Shown in pieces: positions 9,875 through 20,495 of a stretch of 52,388 nt of DNA (the first letter of the stretch is position 1; each line of letters starts with the position of its first letter). The notes under the pieces were generated by a model. That model was not told the DNA's origin, searched no databases, and saw nothing but the letters and a program-made list of their open reading frames with translations. Origin of the DNA: an uncultured Bacilli bacterium. Lineage in GTDB: Bacteria; Bacillota_I; Bacilli_A; RF39; UBA660. The translations under genes and the position numbers were made by a program. The stretch covers positions 1 to 52,388 of the forward strand of contig CANQDC010000003.1 of the NCBI GenBank assembly GCA_947591455.1, given 5' to 3'.

Positions 9875-10279
9875 GTGCTTATAAAATTTCATTTTTTAGT
9901 GATTCAACTATTTCTTTCTTTTCTTTTTTCTAAAGAAATGATAAATACCAAACTGATAATACCTAGTTTAGAAAAGACTGAAAAGTTACATATAAGTTTG
10001 AATAAACATGAATTCAATGCGAAAAACATAAAAATTACTTTCCAAAAAGATCAAATCATTCTTCAGGTTAAAAATAATGTAGCAAAAGAATTTTTAAAAG
10101 TAAATGATAAAATTAAAATATGTTTTCCAGATCAAATTGCCTATTATCGTGTGGTAGAAATTAAAAATTGGGAAGAAAAAGAGGAGCAATGGATTGTGAA
10201 AGCTCAAATGAGTGGCTACTTAGAAAAAAAAGAGAAAAATACGAAATTTATGACAAATTTCGTATTTTTTGATGTTTAA
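9875..10279 (+). CDS. hypothetical exported protein, possibly a degenerate sortase fold
   Basis: RBS aaggag, hydrophobic N-terminus, LIIPSL and LKVNDKIKI...YYRVVEIK. Confidence 0.55.
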   Translation: MLIKFHFLVIQLFLSFLFSKEMINTKLIIPSLEKTEKLHISLNKHEFNAKNIKITFQKDQIILQVKNNVAKEFLKVNDKIKICFPDQIAYYRVVEIKNWEEKEEQWIVKAQMSGYLEKKEKNTKFMTNFVFFDV

Positions 10280-10332
10280 AAAAAGGAATTTTGAAGGTGA
10301 CCTTTAATATATATGAATAGGAGGCTTTTTTT

Positions 10333-12087
10333 ATGGCTTTTATCTCACAAAAAGAAATTAATGACATACGAAATGCCGTATCTATTGTAGAAGTAATTTC
10401 TGCGTATATCCCATTAACGCAGCGAGGGAAAAATTACTTCGGAGTTTGTCCATTTCATGAAGACCATTCTCCTAGTATGAGTGTATCAGAAGAAAAACAA
10501 ATTTATAAATGTTTTTCTTGTGGAGCGACAGGAAATGTTTTTACTTTTCTCGAAAATTTTTTAAATATTTCCTTTGGCGAAGCTATTGCCCAAGTGGCTG
10601 AAAAAGCAGGAATTGTTTTAAATACAAAACTCTTTTTAAAAAAAGATACAAAATATCAAGAAGAATATGAAATTATGGAATTTAGTAATAAATTTTACCA
10701 AAATAACTTGAATAGTGAAGCAGGAAAAAAAGCCATTGCGTATTTAGAAGAACGAGGTCTAAATGAAGAGGCCAGAACTTCCTTTGATATAGGACTTTCC
10801 TTAAATAAAGATATGTTAAGCAAGATTCTTTTAAAGAAAAATTACAGTGAAAAAATGTTGGCGGATTTGGGGTTAGTTCATCAATCTTCTTCTACAGTTT
10901 ATGATGTCTTTCAAAATCGCATTATGTTTCCCATTCATAATTTAGATGGACAAGTTGTCGGCTTTACAGCTCGATGTTATTTAGAAGAAAACATTAAACC
11001 GAAGTATTTAAATAGTAAAGAAACGTATTTATTTAAAAAAGGCAAAATATTATATAATTATCATCGAGCAAAAGATACCATTCGCTTAAAAAAAGAAGTG
11101 ATTTTAGTAGAAGGAAATATGGATGCGATTCGCCTACATATAAATGGAATCCAAAATGTAGTCGCTCTAATGGGAACGAGTTTAACAAAAAGTCAAATGG
11201 AAACTTTACGAAAATTACATGTTAAAGTTATCCTCATGTTAGATAATGATGAAGCAGGGGAAAGTGCAACTTATGCAGTGGGGAATGAATTAGAAGAAAA
11301 CGGTTTTGATTTGGCGATTGTTCGTTTAAGTAAAGCAAAAGATCCCGATGAATATATATTAAAGTATGGGATAGCTGCTTTAGCTGAGAATATACAAAAA
11401 GCCATTCCGTTTATGGATTTTAAATTAAATTATTTAAAGAAAAATAAAAATTTAGATTCCTCGGTAGATCTAGCAGAATATATAAAAGCGGTAATTGCAA
11501 GTTTAAAGAAAAATGATGATGAAATTTTAAAAGAAGTAACTTTACAAAAATTAAGTAGTGATTATAATATCTCTTATGCTGTTTTAAAAAGTGAATTGGG
11601 GACTTTACAAGAAAATCAAATCGCCAAAGAGAAAAAAAACGATCCTCAAAGTCCGAAACCGAAAAGCAGTTATCAAAAAATTGTCGATGAAGTTTTATTT
11701 TTTATGATGAATAGTGAAGAGTATATTCGTTTATATCAAACAAAACTAGGAATGTTTCGAGAAAAAGAAAATCGAGCGATAGCCAATGAGATTATTTATT
11801 TTTACGAAACAAATAAAACAATGAATTTAGCTGATTTTATTTCTTATATAGAAACGATTTCTTTAAAAAAAGAAATTATGGATATAATAGAAAATGTAAA
11901 AGTAAAACAACTTTCTGTAGAAGCTATGGAAGAATTAATTTTACGTATTAAAAAGAAAATAAAAGAAGAAGAAATCAAAAAACTAAAAGAGGATTTAAAA
12001 ATGGAATTTGATATTCAAAAGAAAGTAGAACTGACAGAAAAAATTGCTGAAATAAAAAAAGGAAGTGTTGAAAATGAAAGTTATTAA
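10333..12087 (+). CDS. dnaG: DNA primase
   Basis: CPFHED...CFSCG zinc finger, RIMFPI, KYLNS, VEGNMD, DNDEAG, KDPDE. Confidence 0.97.
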   Translation: MAFISQKEINDIRNAVSIVEVISAYIPLTQRGKNYFGVCPFHEDHSPSMSVSEEKQIYKCFSCGATGNVFTFLENFLNISFGEAIAQVAEKAGIVLNTKLFLKKDTKYQEEYEIMEFSNKFYQNNLNSEAGKKAIAYLEERGLNEEARTSFDIGLSLNKDMLSKILLKKNYSEKMLADLGLVHQSSSTVYDVFQNRIMFPIHNLDGQVVGFTARCYLEENIKPKYLNSKETYLFKKGKILYNYHRAKDTIRLKKEVILVEGNMDAIRLHINGIQNVVALMGTSLTKSQMETLRKLHVKVILMLDNDEAGESATYAVGNELEENGFDLAIVRLSKAKDPDEYILKYGIAALAENIQKAIPFMDFKLNYLKKNKNLDSSVDLAEYIKAVIASLKKNDDEILKEVTLQKLSSDYNISYAVLKSELGTLQENQIAKEKKNDPQSPKPKSSYQKIVDEVLFFMMNSEEYIRLYQTKLGMFREKENRAIANEIIYFYETNKTMNLADFISYIETISLKKEIMDIIENVKVKQLSVEAMEELILRIKKKIKEEEIKKLKEDLKMEFDIQKKVELTEKIAEIKKGSVENESY

Positions 12088-13168
12088 AACTTTAGAAGAA
12101 AGAAAAGAAGAGTTATTAAAATTGGGCAAAGAAAAAGGTATGATTACTTTTGAACAATTAGCAGAAGCCCTAAAAGGATTAGATGTAGATAATGATTCAT
12201 TAGATGAACTATATAATTTTTTTGTCGAAAATAATATCGAAATTGTTGCCAATGACGAAGATTCTTCAGATGGGGAAGCCCGCATAAAAGAAGATGAACC
12301 AATTATTTTAGACGATGCCGAAATTACCAAAGATGTCAATATCAATGATCCAGTTCGGATGTATTTAAAAGAAATTGGAAAAATTAGTCTTTTATCTGCC
12401 GAAGAAGAATTAAGTTTATCCAAAAGAGCAGCTGCTGGAGATGAAATGGCTAAAAATATTTTAGCAGAATCTAATTTACGTTTAGTAGTTAGTATTGCTA
12501 AACGCTATGTTGGTCGAGGATTATTATTTTTAGATTTAATTCAAGAAGGAAATATTGGCTTAATGAAAGCGGTAGATAAATTTGATTATGATAAAGGATT
12601 TAAATTTTCTACTTATGCTACTTGGTGGATACGTCAAGCGATTACTCGTGCTTTAGCAGATCAAGCCCGTACGATTCGAGTACCCGTTCATATGGTGGAA
12701 ACGATAAATAAAATGGCCCGTATTCAACGTCAATTAACTTTAGAGTTAAATCGGGAACCAACCGATGAAGAAATAGCCAAAAAAATGGGTATTACGGTAG
12801 AAAAAGTGAGAGAAGTAATTAAAATTAGTCAAGATCCCGTTTCATTAGAAACACCAATTGGGGAGGAAGATGATTCCCATTTAGGAGATTTCGTGAAAGA
12901 TGAAAGTGCTATGACTCCAGAAGAATATGCAACCAATGAAATTTTAAAAGAAGAAATAAAGGCAGTTTTACAAACATTACAAGAACGGGAACAAGAAGTA
13001 CTAGAATTGCGTTTTGGCCTTATTGATGGGACAAGCCATACATTAGAAGAAGTTGGGAAAAAATTTAATGTAACTCGGGAAAGAATTCGTCAAATAGAAG
13101 CCAAAGCATTGCGTAAATTAAGACATCCATCTCGGGCGAAAAAATTAAAGGATTTTCTTTCTGATTAA
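12074..13168 (+). CDS. rpoD: primary sigma factor SigA
   Basis: Region 1.1, [46 protein letters not shown]. Confidence 0.97.
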   Translation: MKVIKTLEERKEELLKLGKEKGMITFEQLAEALKGLDVDNDSLDELYNFFVENNIEIVANDEDSSDGEARIKEDEPIILDDAEITKDVNINDPVRMYLKEIGKISLLSAEEELSLSKRAAAGDEMAKNILAESNLRLVVSIAKRYVGRGLLFLDLIQEGNIGLMKAVDKFDYDKGFKFSTYATWWIRQAITRALADQARTIRVPVHMVETINKMARIQRQLTLELNREPTDEEIAKKMGITVEKVREVIKISQDPVSLETPIGEEDDSHLGDFVKDESAMTPEEYATNEILKEEIKAVLQTLQEREQEVLELRFGLIDGTSHTLEEVGKKFNVTRERIRQIEAKALRKLRHPSRAKKLKDFLSD

Positions 13169-13812
13169 TGAAAAGTTTACGTTTAGAAACCATTGCCTCC
13201 TTTGTTGAACCTGAGGATAAAGTAATAGATATAGGTTGTGATCATGCTTATCTTCCTATTTTTTTGATACAAAAAAAAATATGTCAGAAAGTGATTGCTT
13301 CCGATATACATGAAGAAGCTTTAAAAATAGCTAGAAAAAATATCGAAAAAAATCATTTGATGGAAGAGATTCCTCTTTATTTATCAGATGGATTAAAAAA
13401 TGTGCCAGATAAAGATATTAATACGATAATCATTGCTGGAATGGGCACCAATACGATTTTACATATTTTATCTTCTTTAGATCCTTTTTCAATTGATAAA
13501 CTAATTATTCAAGCGAATAATGATCTTCCTTTATTACGAAAAGAATTACGCAAGAAAAAATTTTTTCTTCAAAAAGAAAAAATTGTCTATGAAAAAAATC
13601 ATTACTATATTATTGGCATATATTCAAAAAATGCGCGTCGATTAACCAGTAAAGAAAAATATTTTGGTCCCTATGATGCTTCGAATCATGGCTACTATAT
13701 TTCTTTGTATAATCATTTTCAAACTATCAATCACAAACTTTCTTGGAAGAAAAATACGAAAGAAAAATTTTTCCTTTTTTTAAAAATACAGTTATTAAAA
13801 AAATATTTATAA
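13168..13812 (+). CDS. trmK: tRNA m1A22 methyltransferase
   Basis: DIGCDHAYLP and IAGMG motifs; follows rpoD. Confidence 0.9.
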   Translation: MKSLRLETIASFVEPEDKVIDIGCDHAYLPIFLIQKKICQKVIASDIHEEALKIARKNIEKNHLMEEIPLYLSDGLKNVPDKDINTIIIAGMGTNTILHILSSLDPFSIDKLIIQANNDLPLLRKELRKKKFFLQKEKIVYEKNHYYIIGIYSKNARRLTSKEKYFGPYDASNHGYYISLYNHFQTINHKLSWKKNTKEKFFLFLKIQLLKKYL

Positions 13813-14088
13813 AAAAAAGGTTGGGGCAGTTGCCTTTTTTTCTTGTAATGGAGGGTTAGAGGGTAATGATTTATTAGGAGCAAGAAAAGTCTTTTCTTCA
13901 CTTGAAGAAGTGACATTTTTTTTACCCATTTCTTTCAAAACGCTTATCATGCTTCTTGCATTCTGAATGGCTGGTTTTGCTCGTTGATAAAGAGGAATAA
14001 TTTGATTAGCAATTTGTAAAGTTCTGGATAGTCCTCCAATGATTTTTCCAAAACTTAACCCTCGGGCCAGTCCTGTAACATTAAACAT
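13807..14088 (-). CDS. VrrA/YqfQ-family sporulation protein
   Basis: LSRTLQIANQIIPLYQRAKPAIQNA helix pattern; C-terminal PTFFL; sigmaE-like promoter upstream. Confidence 0.65.
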   Translation of the reverse strand: MFNVTGLARGLSFGKIIGGLSRTLQIANQIIPLYQRAKPAIQNARSMISVLKEMGKKNVTSSSEEKTFLAPNKSLPSNPPLQEKKATAPTFFL

Positions 14089-14105
14089 ATCACTCACCTT
14101 GGTTT

Positions 14106-14133
14106 ATTTTATGCGTTTAACAGAAAAATATTT
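14106..14133 (-). promoter_or_regulatory. sigmaE-like promoter
   Basis: GAATATT-N13-CATAAAAT upstream of the yqfQ-like gene. Confidence 0.45.
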
Positions 14134-14198
14134 CGCTATTTCAATTTAAATATAAATTATTTTGGAGTATAATAGATATAAATTAAGAAAAAGGAAGT

Positions 14199-15704
14199 AT
14201 GTTTATGTTAATGGCTATTAAAAGAATGATTATTGTAATTTGTGGGTTCTTGTTGCAAATTGGTTTTAGTCTAATTCTTTATTTATTTTTTATGAAATAT
14301 ATTGCCATAATTCATATCATCTATTCCATCATAGGTTTATTTTTAGTCTTATATTTGATAAAAGATAGTCGTAATTATTCCTATACTTTACCATGGATTA
14401 TATTACTATTATTATTTCCTGTCATTGCCTCTTTACTATATATTATCTTAGGAAATAATAAAAAACGAAGTAAAACACTAAAAAGAATTGTCGAAGAGGA
14501 AAAGAAAAGTAAAAAATATTTAATTCAAGAGGAAGAAATTTATAAAGAATTTCGCGATAATAGTCGTCTGCGTTATATTAGTGATTTTGCGCATTTCCCT
14601 GTAAGCACGAACAATGACGTGGATTATTATTCCCTAGGAGATCTGGCCTTCCCAGTAATGCTAGAAGAATTAAAAAAGGCGCAAAAATTTATATTTTTTG
14701 AATATTTCATTGTACATCAAGGAACCATGTGGAATCAAATAGTAGAAATATTAGAAGAAAAAGCAAAAAATGGAGTCGAAGTAAGAGTACTATATGATGA
14801 TTTAGGATGCTTGACGACATTACATAAAAATTATTATAAAGAATTAGAAAAAAAAGGAATTCAATGTATTGTTTTTAATCGGTTAAATCCGATTGCAGGA
14901 ATTATTATGAATAATCGTGATCATCGAAAAATTTTAATTATTGATGGGAAAGTAGCTTTTTCGGGTGGAATCAATATTGCAGATGAATACATCAATATAA
15001 ATAGTCCTTATGGGCATTGGAAAGATAATGCCATTCGTGTATCGGGAGAGGCTGTTTGGAATTATACTGTATTATTTTTAACCATGTGGAATGCCTTCAA
15101 AAAAACAGATAAAGATTTTTTTCAATATAAATATGAATTTAAAAAAAGTAAAAAGAAAAATGGCTTTGTTGTCCCTTATGGGGAATCTCCTTTGGATGAA
15201 GAAATCACAGGAGAAGATATTTACTTAAATATTATCAATCAAGCGAACCATTACATATATATATTTACACCCTATTTGATTATTGATACAGATATGATTA
15301 ATGCGCTTACTCTAGCTGCTAAAAGAGGAGTAGATGTTCGTATTGTCATACCAGGAATACCAGATAAAAAAATTGTCTATACTTTATCAGAAAGTTATGT
15401 AACCCCTCTTGTCAAAGGAGGAGTAAAAGTATATAAATATACGCCAGGTTTTATCCATGCGAAAGTTTTTGTAGCGGATGATACGGTAGCGACCGTTGGA
15501 ACAATAAATATGGATTATCGAAGTTTATATTTACATTTCGAATGTGGTTGTTATTTTGAAAAAGTAGATGTCATCAAAAAAATAAAAATGGATGCCGATG
15601 AAACCATAAAAAAATCACATTTAATTTCCCAAAAGGAAGCCTCTGCCAAATTTTTAAAAGCCATGTGGCAAGCCATTTTAAGATTAATTGCTCCTCTTAT
15701 GTAA
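14199..15704 (+). CDS. cls: cardiolipin synthase
   Basis: N-terminal TMs and two HKD motifs (HRKILIID, HAKVFVAD). Confidence 0.93.
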   Translation: MFMLMAIKRMIIVICGFLLQIGFSLILYLFFMKYIAIIHIIYSIIGLFLVLYLIKDSRNYSYTLPWIILLLLFPVIASLLYIILGNNKKRSKTLKRIVEEEKKSKKYLIQEEEIYKEFRDNSRLRYISDFAHFPVSTNNDVDYYSLGDLAFPVMLEELKKAQKFIFFEYFIVHQGTMWNQIVEILEEKAKNGVEVRVLYDDLGCLTTLHKNYYKELEKKGIQCIVFNRLNPIAGIIMNNRDHRKILIIDGKVAFSGGINIADEYININSPYGHWKDNAIRVSGEAVWNYTVLFLTMWNAFKKTDKDFFQYKYEFKKSKKKNGFVVPYGESPLDEEITGEDIYLNIINQANHYIYIFTPYLIIDTDMINALTLAAKRGVDVRIVIPGIPDKKIVYTLSESYVTPLVKGGVKVYKYTPGFIHAKVFVADDTVATVGTINMDYRSLYLHFECGCYFEKVDVIKKIKMDADETIKKSHLISQKEASAKFLKAMWQAILRLIAPLM

Positions 15705-15807
15705 TTAATGAAAACAATAAAAAAATAGAAGTAATAAACTATTTCCTCTAGTCAAAAAGAATAGAGATATGATATAATTTTTTATAGTAAGAGTAGGAGG
15801 GTATTTC

Positions 15808-17274
15808 ATGACACAAACCAAAACGATGACTATGGATATTTTAAAGTTTCCCTTTTTACTTATCTTAGATATTTTATCATTAGCCGTACGTGGTTTTAAG
15901 TTTTTAACGATTGATATAATAAAACGTTTATTTAAAGAACTACAAAAAAACAATCAAATTACTAATAAAAAAGTAGCTCAAAAATTGGAATTAAAGCGCC
16001 AAGAACTAATAAAAGATTTACAAAATGAAGGCGGTTTCAGAAGCAAAACACCACGTGTATTTTGGTATCGAGCTTTAAATAAAGAAGGAAAACTAGAAAC
16101 AGGAACTATCAATGGTTATTCGAAATTAGATGTAAATACCTTTTTATTACAAGAATCTTATATAGTATATGAAATTCGTTCGGATAAATATATTGATTTT
16201 TTATATAGCGATTCAAGTATTTTTGCCGTAAGAATGTCAAATAAGGACTTACTTTTTTGGCTGACACAACTTTCGACGTATATTAAAAGTGGGATCACTT
16301 TGACCGAATCAATAAAAATATTAAATAATCAAATGCATAATAAAAAACATTATCGTAAAGCATTTCAATCCATTATCTATGAATTAACGATGGGGGAAAG
16401 TTTTTCCAAAGCCCTAGAAAAACAAGGTGGGATGTTTCCAGCATTATTAATTAATATGATTCGTGCTGCCGAAGCAACCGGAGAATTAGAATCCACGCTA
16501 GCCGATATGTCCAATTATTATGAAGAAGTAGAAAAAACAAGAAAACAAATGATTAGTGCAATTACTTATCCTGCTATTATCATGATCTTTGCAACAGCTG
16601 TTATTACTTTCATATTGATTTATGTAATTCCTCAATTTGTTAAAATTTATGAAGAATCGAACGCCGAAATTAATGGGTTAACTGTTTTTATAATTAACTT
16701 AAGTAATTTTTTACAAAACAATATAGTAAATATTATCCTAATTTTAGTAGTGGCTGTAATTATTCTATATTTCTGTTATACAAGAATTAAAGCTTTTCGT
16801 AAAAATGTTCAATATGCTCTAATGCATTTCCCTGTTATTAGCAAAATAATTATTTATAAAGAATTGACGATTTTTACCAAAACATTTTCTTCTTTACTAG
16901 CAAATAACGTCAATATTACCGAAAGTATGGATATTTTAAGTAAAATTACCGGCAATGAGATCTATAAAGATATAATGGAACAAACAATTAAAAATATTGT
17001 CAAAGGTGATAAAATTTCTACATCTTTTAAAGATCACTGGGCCATACCCGATATTGCTTATTACATGATTGTAACAGGGGAATCTACGGGGCAATTAGCA
17101 GAAATGATGCAAAGAGTAAGTGCTTACTATTCTGAAATGCATAAAAGTATTGTCACAAACTTAAAATCCTTTATTGAACCTGTTTTAATTTCCATGTTGG
17201 CATTAGTAGTCGGAGTCATTATTTTGGCCGTTATAGTTCCTATGTTTGGATTAATGAGTCAATTAGAAACATAA
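15808..17274 (+). CDS. type IV pilus / T2SS-F platform protein (PilC-like)
   Basis: QLSTYIKSGI, AAEATGEL, YPAII, GESTGQL, IEPVLI...IVPMF. Confidence 0.9.
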   Translation: MTQTKTMTMDILKFPFLLILDILSLAVRGFKFLTIDIIKRLFKELQKNNQITNKKVAQKLELKRQELIKDLQNEGGFRSKTPRVFWYRALNKEGKLETGTINGYSKLDVNTFLLQESYIVYEIRSDKYIDFLYSDSSIFAVRMSNKDLLFWLTQLSTYIKSGITLTESIKILNNQMHNKKHYRKAFQSIIYELTMGESFSKALEKQGGMFPALLINMIRAAEATGELESTLADMSNYYEEVEKTRKQMISAITYPAIIMIFATAVITFILIYVIPQFVKIYEESNAEINGLTVFIINLSNFLQNNIVNIILILVVAVIILYFCYTRIKAFRKNVQYALMHFPVISKIIIYKELTIFTKTFSSLLANNVNITESMDILSKITGNEIYKDIMEQTIKNIVKGDKISTSFKDHWAIPDIAYYMIVTGESTGQLAEMMQRVSAYYSEMHKSIVTNLKSFIEPVLISMLALVVGVIILAVIVPMFGLMSQLET

Positions 17275-17285
17275 AGGTGAGTTTT

Positions 17286-18032
17286 ATGAGTATTTTAATT
17301 TTTATAATTGGGGCGGTTTTTGGGTCTTTTTATTATGTTGTAGGAACGAGACTTCCCAATCAAGAGTCTTTAATTAAGCCGGGAAGTCATTGTACATACT
17401 GTAAACACCCTTTAAAACCCTATGATTTAGTACCCTTATTTTCTTTTTTATTTTTAAAAGGGAAATGTCGTTATTGCCAAAAAAAATTAAGTAAAGAATA
17501 TTTCGTTTATGAATTATTGACGGCGATTTTATTTACCGTGAGTTATTTAAAGTATAATTTATCTTATTCTTTTTTTATTTTGCTCATAATTTCTTCTTTA
17601 GTTGTACTTATTTTTATTACGGATTTTAAATATTTTATCATTTTAGATTCGCCACTTATTATTTCAGCCTTACTCATTCTAATCATAAAAGCTATTTATT
17701 TTGGTTTTAATGAAATTAGTATTTGCCTTTTAAATGGCCTTATGGTCTTTTTAACCATGCTACTCATTCGCCAAATAGGTAACTTGTTATTCAAACGAGA
17801 ATCTTTAGGGGGAGGGGATATCAAATTCTCCTTTATCGCTGGAATGATTTTAGGATATAAATTTGCGATTCTTTCTCTTGTTTTATCTACTTTTTTAGCT
17901 TTACCATATGCGATAGCCACCATGTTTATAAAAAAAGATAGTGAAGTTCCTTTTGGGCCTTTCTTAGTAAGTAGTCTTTTTTTAGTTTTTTATTTTTTGG
18001 AAAAATTCCAATATGTATTATATTTCTTTTAA
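17286..18032 (+). CDS. prepilin peptidase (PilD/ComC-like, A24A)
   Basis: GSFYYVV...SHCTYC...GKCRYC, ITD, GGGDIK, PFGPFL. Confidence 0.92.
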   Translation: MSILIFIIGAVFGSFYYVVGTRLPNQESLIKPGSHCTYCKHPLKPYDLVPLFSFLFLKGKCRYCQKKLSKEYFVYELLTAILFTVSYLKYNLSYSFFILLIISSLVVLIFITDFKYFIILDSPLIISALLILIIKAIYFGFNEISICLLNGLMVFLTMLLIRQIGNLLFKRESLGGGDIKFSFIAGMILGYKFAILSLVLSTFLALPYAIATMFIKKDSEVPFGPFLVSSLFLVFYFLEKFQYVLYFF

Positions 18033-18039
18033 TAAGTAA

Positions 18040-19548
18040 TTATAATAGATCGATTTCTGAATCTTGTAAATCAAGAGAGTCTAACTCATCGCTGCTATCA
18101 TCATCCACTTCGAGTAGATCAATTGGCTCGTCAACAGACTCTAAAGAATCTTCTTCATCGACTATATTTTCTGCCCCTTCTTCCAGAGTTTCTATATCCT
18201 CATCGTTAGGTAGCGCAAGTTCCGCGTCTTCTTCCTTTAATTCATCATCATTTACATCTACTACTTCTTCAACCGCAGGAGTTTCTTCTACTTCCGTTGG
18301 TACTTCTTCCGCTCTTTTTCCTAAAAGAGCATTTTTAATATTAACATCTTCATTACCGAAATCATCTTCAATATCAATAACACGCAATATTTCTTCAAAA
18401 CTTGTTAATCCCTCAATAACTTTCATAAGTCCATCCTCAAGAAGGGTAATAGTAGCATTTTCACCATATACAAGTTTACGAAGTTCTTCTTTTCTGATAT
18501 TATTCGTAATGGCATCACGAATAGTTTGATCAATACCTAATACTTCTTGAATGGCAATACGACCCTTATAGCCATCAAGACATTCTTCACAACCGACAGG
18601 AGTATAAATGTCCGTAATATCCATTCCTAAAACTTCTTTAAAAACATTTTTTTCATAATCGCTAGCTTGTCTAGAACTCCGACATTTTGGGCATAATTTT
18701 TTGACTAATCTTTGACTAATAACTCCCGCTAGAGCGGATCCTAATAAATATCTTTCTACATCCATATCCAATAATCTTTCAATCGTATTTAATGAATTAT
18801 TTGTATGGATAGTGGAAAGAACTAAATGTCCAGTAATGGAAGCACGAACGGCGATACGTGCAGTTTCATCATCACGAATTTCTCCGATCATGATTACATC
18901 GGGGTCTTGACGAAGAATACTACGTAAAGCGCTGGCAAAAGTAAGACCAATTTCACTCATAGTTTGGACTTGATTAATACCAGTTAATTTCATTTCCACG
19001 GGATCTTCTACTGTAATAATATTTCTTTCCGGCGTATTTAAAATTTGTAACATAGAATAAACCGTCGTTGATTTTCCTGTACCAGTAGCTCCGGTAATTA
19101 AAATAATACCATTAGGGATTTCAATCATTTTTCGAACTTTTTCATAATTTTTAGGAGAAAATCCTAAAGAATCTAATCCATTGGTACTCATACTATAATC
19201 TAAAATACGAATAACAACTTTTTCGCCATACACAATAGGAAGGGTAGAAACACGAAGATCAAGATCGCGGCCTTCAATAATATTTTTGATAGCGCCATCT
19301 TGAGGAAGTCGAGATTCGGTAATATTCATTCCAGAAATAATTTTAATTCGAGTAATTAATGGATTTTTGACATTTTCAGGGACTTCGGCATAGTTTACTA
19401 ATTCTCCATCAACCCGAATACGTACCTTTAAAATGGTAGGAGTTGGATCAAAGTGGATATCACTGGCATTTTTGTTAGCAGCATCGATAATCATTTCATT
19501 AACAATATCTACAACTGGCAAACGATCATAATCAAAATCTTTAAACAT
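18040..19548 (-). CDS. GspE/PilB-family pilus assembly ATPase with acidic C-terminal tail
   Basis: ASDIH, RLPQDG, GATGTGKS, EDPVE, LRQDPDVIMIGEIRD, TGHLVLST, CPKC/CEEC. Confidence 0.92.
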   Translation of the reverse strand: MFKDFDYDRLPVVDIVNEMIIDAANKNASDIHFDPTPTILKVRIRVDGELVNYAEVPENVKNPLITRIKIISGMNITESRLPQDGAIKNIIEGRDLDLRVSTLPIVYGEKVVIRILDYSMSTNGLDSLGFSPKNYEKVRKMIEIPNGIILITGATGTGKSTTVYSMLQILNTPERNIITVEDPVEMKLTGINQVQTMSEIGLTFASALRSILRQDPDVIMIGEIRDDETARIAVRASITGHLVLSTIHTNNSLNTIERLLDMDVERYLLGSALAGVISQRLVKKLCPKCRSSRQASDYEKNVFKEVLGMDITDIYTPVGCEECLDGYKGRIAIQEVLGIDQTIRDAITNNIRKEELRKLVYGENATITLLEDGLMKVIEGLTSFEEILRVIDIEDDFGNEDVNIKNALLGKRAEEVPTEVEETPAVEEVVDVNDDELKEEDAELALPNDEDIETLEEGAENIVDEEDSLESVDEPIDLLEVDDDSSDELDSLDLQDSEIDLL

Positions 19549-19624
19549 GATACCACCAGACCCTTCTTATTCTTCTCTAATTATATAATAAGAAGAGCAA
19601 AGTTACAAGCGTTAAACAAAAAAT

Positions 19625-19648
19625 AAAAAAACTGATTTCCAGTTTTTT
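19625..19648 (-). terminator. intrinsic terminator, possibly bidirectional
   Basis: aaaaaactg-atttc-cagtttttt. Confidence 0.6.
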
Positions 19649-19656
19649 AAAGTATA

Positions 19657-19758
19657 TTATCTAGCTTGAATGATATAACCAATAATGGATGCAATGACGC
19701 TGCCAACCATTAAAAATACCATCAACCATACAACCAATTTTCTAGTCTTCTTTTTCAT
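19657..19758 (-). CDS. 33-aa membrane miniprotein, DUF4044/Prli42-like
   Basis: Not in the ORF track. RBS gaggtg; MKKKTRKLVVWLMVFLMVGSVIASIIGYIIQAR; terminator immediately downstream. Confidence 0.75.
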   Translation of the reverse strand: MKKKTRKLVVWLMVFLMVGSVIASIIGYIIQAR

Positions 19759-19787
19759 CACGTTCACCTCTAACATAAATAAATGTA

Positions 19788-19816
19788 TCATATTTTTCTT
19801 TTGAAGTAAATATGAT
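19788..19816 (+). promoter_or_regulatory. sigmaE-like promoter
   Basis: TCATATT-N14-AATATGAT upstream of the spoIIM-like gene. Confidence 0.55.
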
Positions 19817-19833
19817 TAACTAAGGTGAATGAA

Positions 19834-20403
19834 ATGAAAAAACATAGGACAAGCTTTAAAAAACATAAAAACGTATTTATATTTTTAGGAATTATTTTTT
19901 TCTTTGGCGTAGTAAGTGGAATCATTTTTTATTTAAAACAAGAACCAAACGTTCAACAAAGTATTTTAGTCAATAGTCAAGATATATTTAGTCATAATGT
20001 TTTTAGCATCAGAAATATTTTAATTCATTTAGGAATCATTTTTACCGTCATTGTAACTTCCTTTCTCTTTTTATCTCCACCTCTTTTTCTTTGTATTTAC
20101 TTTTTTGAAGGCGTTGGAGTAGGGTTCATTATTCCAATATTATTTTCCGTCTTTAAATGGAAATTTTTTCTTTATTTTGGTCTCTATTTCTTATTTATCA
20201 AATTCATTTATTTACTTTTATTGGGGTATGTATTTGATAGCCAAATCTTATTTTTAAAAGAATACCTACAATATATAAAAACCAAAAAAATTAATTTTTT
20301 CCTTTCCTTAAAACGAATGTTTCTTTTTAGTTTCTTTCTCTTTTTAAACGATCTTTTTACTTTTTTTATTTCCAATCGTATTTTATTATTTATTTTAAAA
20401 TAA
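19834..20403 (+). CDS. SpoIIM-like membrane protein
   Basis: FFFGVVSGIIF...FFEGVGVGF five-TM pattern; sigmaE-like promoter. Confidence 0.6.
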   Translation: MKKHRTSFKKHKNVFIFLGIIFFFGVVSGIIFYLKQEPNVQQSILVNSQDIFSHNVFSIRNILIHLGIIFTVIVTSFLFLSPPLFLCIYFFEGVGVGFIIPILFSVFKWKFFLYFGLYFLFIKFIYLLLLGYVFDSQILFLKEYLQYIKTKKINFFLSLKRMFLFSFFLFLNDLFTFFISNRILLFILK

Positions 20404-20495
20404 CAAAAACAAGTTCTAAAAGTCCTTAGTACATACGGTTTTAACTTTTCTTTCCAGCAAATTCTTGTTATAATAAAATTCGAATTAAGGGTGAT

